From Leucoraja ocellata (Eukaryota), in assembly GCA_036785375.1 (NCBI GenBank), contig JAWMAR010000578.1, positions 248,001 through 312,000 of the forward strand: a stretch of 64,000 bases of DNA. The letters run 5' to 3'. The notes under the pieces are model-generated. The model was not told the origin of the DNA, ran no database searches, and worked only from the letters and a program-made list of their open reading frames with translations. The position numbers and the translations under genes were made by a program. The number at the start of each line of letters is the position of its first letter. Position 1 is the first letter of the stretch. Below, piece after piece: positions 62,701 to 64,000 of the stretch.

Positions 62701-63248
62701 ACCCCCACCTTCCCTGCTACCCCGGAGTTCTCCAGCTTTCCTTCCCCCATCCCAAATGTGCAGTTTGGACCACTGCAAATAGTCCCTGTTGTGTTGCTGA
62801 GTGGTAGAATCTGGCTGGGGTAAATTTCTGAGAATATTGAGAGAATAAAAAGTAGGATTAACGGAGGTGGTTCTCGGCAGCATTGAGAAAATAACCAGAT
62901 CATCCACTTTTAGTTGCCTTGTTTGATGTATAACTGTCAGCTAAGACTCTAAGTGGAACGCCCTTCAAAGTAATGCAGTGTGCTTTGTGTGATCCATCTG
63001 AGCACGAAGATGAGGCTGTGGTCTGTATCACAACACCTGGGAACTGCTCCATGTATCTTGGCCTTAATACAGTGGGTAATTCTGCCAGTTTGAGCTGACA
63101 GCTGCGTCATGAACTTGTTATTATTCTAATGGTGAAAGCCATGTGTCTTCTAAAATTAGAGGAACACAGTAGGCACATTCCCGATAACCTTCATCCTGAA
63201 ATTTGACCTTGAGAAATACCATTCATTGAGAGACTGCTGTTCCCACAG

Positions 63249-63378
63249 GTTTTCGAACTCGGGCGCGTGAATCGGGCGACGGATTTCACAAATGTGAATG
63301 AGCACAGCTCGCGGTCCCACGCTCTGCTGATCGTCTCTGTGACAGGGATCAACCTCACCTCTGGAGCTCGCACAGTAG
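63249..63378 (+). CDS. KIFC3: KIFC3 exon (switch I; VFELGRVNRATDFTNVNEHSSRSHALLIV...); gene continues beyond the window
   Basis: cacAG / GTACGA, 130 bp, NxxSSRSH motif. Confidence 0.96.
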
Positions 63379-64000
63379 GTACGATCTGAGCGCAACGAGG
63401 ATGAGGCTTGGTAAATTAATAGCTTGGATGTCTCCATTGCATTAAAAGGAAGATTTACAGTCATCCAATGATATTAAAGAGCAAACATCTGGTGGCAATC
63501 TCCCGTGTATCGAAATTAGGTCATTTTAAAATAATTCTCAAAATGATGGGTCTTATTGAATATGCAGGAATTAATGGATGATTAAAATAGTCAAAGATTG
63601 TCCTGATTTGCACTGTTAAGGAAGTCACCAATTACAAGATTATTAAACTCTGTCAAAGAGGGCTTTCAATCTCCAGACAGTAAAAGCTCATGGGTGCCTC
63701 AGCTCTAAGCTAAATATCCCTCCCATACATGCTGTAGTCCTCATGATGTCTCTACACCCATGCCACAGACTGAAGTAGTTTATGCTGGAGATTTCTAATT
63801 TGTGTTTGAATGTATTGGCTTTTAGATATGTGGTGGAGTGCTCCAGTGGGGATGGGGATTTCTCCATTTACAATGTGACCTGGTTGAGCTTTCCCTTGGT
63901 GCCTGGTTTTAATGTGTTTGTGAAGTGCCCAAATTCTGCACTCAGGGCCCAGGATTGCCATGACTCTCCACAAAGCAGGTGGAAGATTGTGGGATGTGAC

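Noticed and set aside
62602-62907. Poly-Gly and poly-Pro ORFs (also 3655-4052)
   Set aside because: Translations of C/G homopolymer runs.
1-64000. CRISPR array, operon or prokaryotic defence system
   Set aside because: Spliceosomal vertebrate locus with no regularly spaced repeats or prokaryotic gene layout seen.

Overview
This is eukaryotic vertebrate DNA, most likely from a cartilaginous fish such as a skate or ray, judging from HE1/V-SINE-like, CR1 and Penelope-like repeats (species is inference). It holds two intron-split genes, both on the + strand. First are the last 13 coding exons of the cyclic-nucleotide-gated channel beta subunit CNGB1 (192-23702: S1-S6, pore TIGGLPEP, C-linker, CNBD, stop). 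Next is most of the minus-end kinesin-14 gene KIFC3 (CpG-rich putative promoter about 27.1-28.1 kb, coding exons 46847-63378, continuing past the window), in the same tandem order as in human. Introns are filled with decayed CR1/L2 LINEs, Penelope-like elements, tRNA-derived SINEs, Rex1-like tails and MITEs, and there is one 157-N gap. The best leads are a decayed, frame-preserving duplicate of a KIFC3 motor exon (57841-57888) and short hammerhead-ribozyme-bearing Penelope derivatives with TSDs and hairpin structure, one of which duplicated a candidate branch point. Others are a CRX/OTX-site cluster before a candidate alternative KIFC3 first exon and an inverted duplication around the gap. All homology statements come from recalled sequences, not database searches. 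I found no clearly new multi-gene system.
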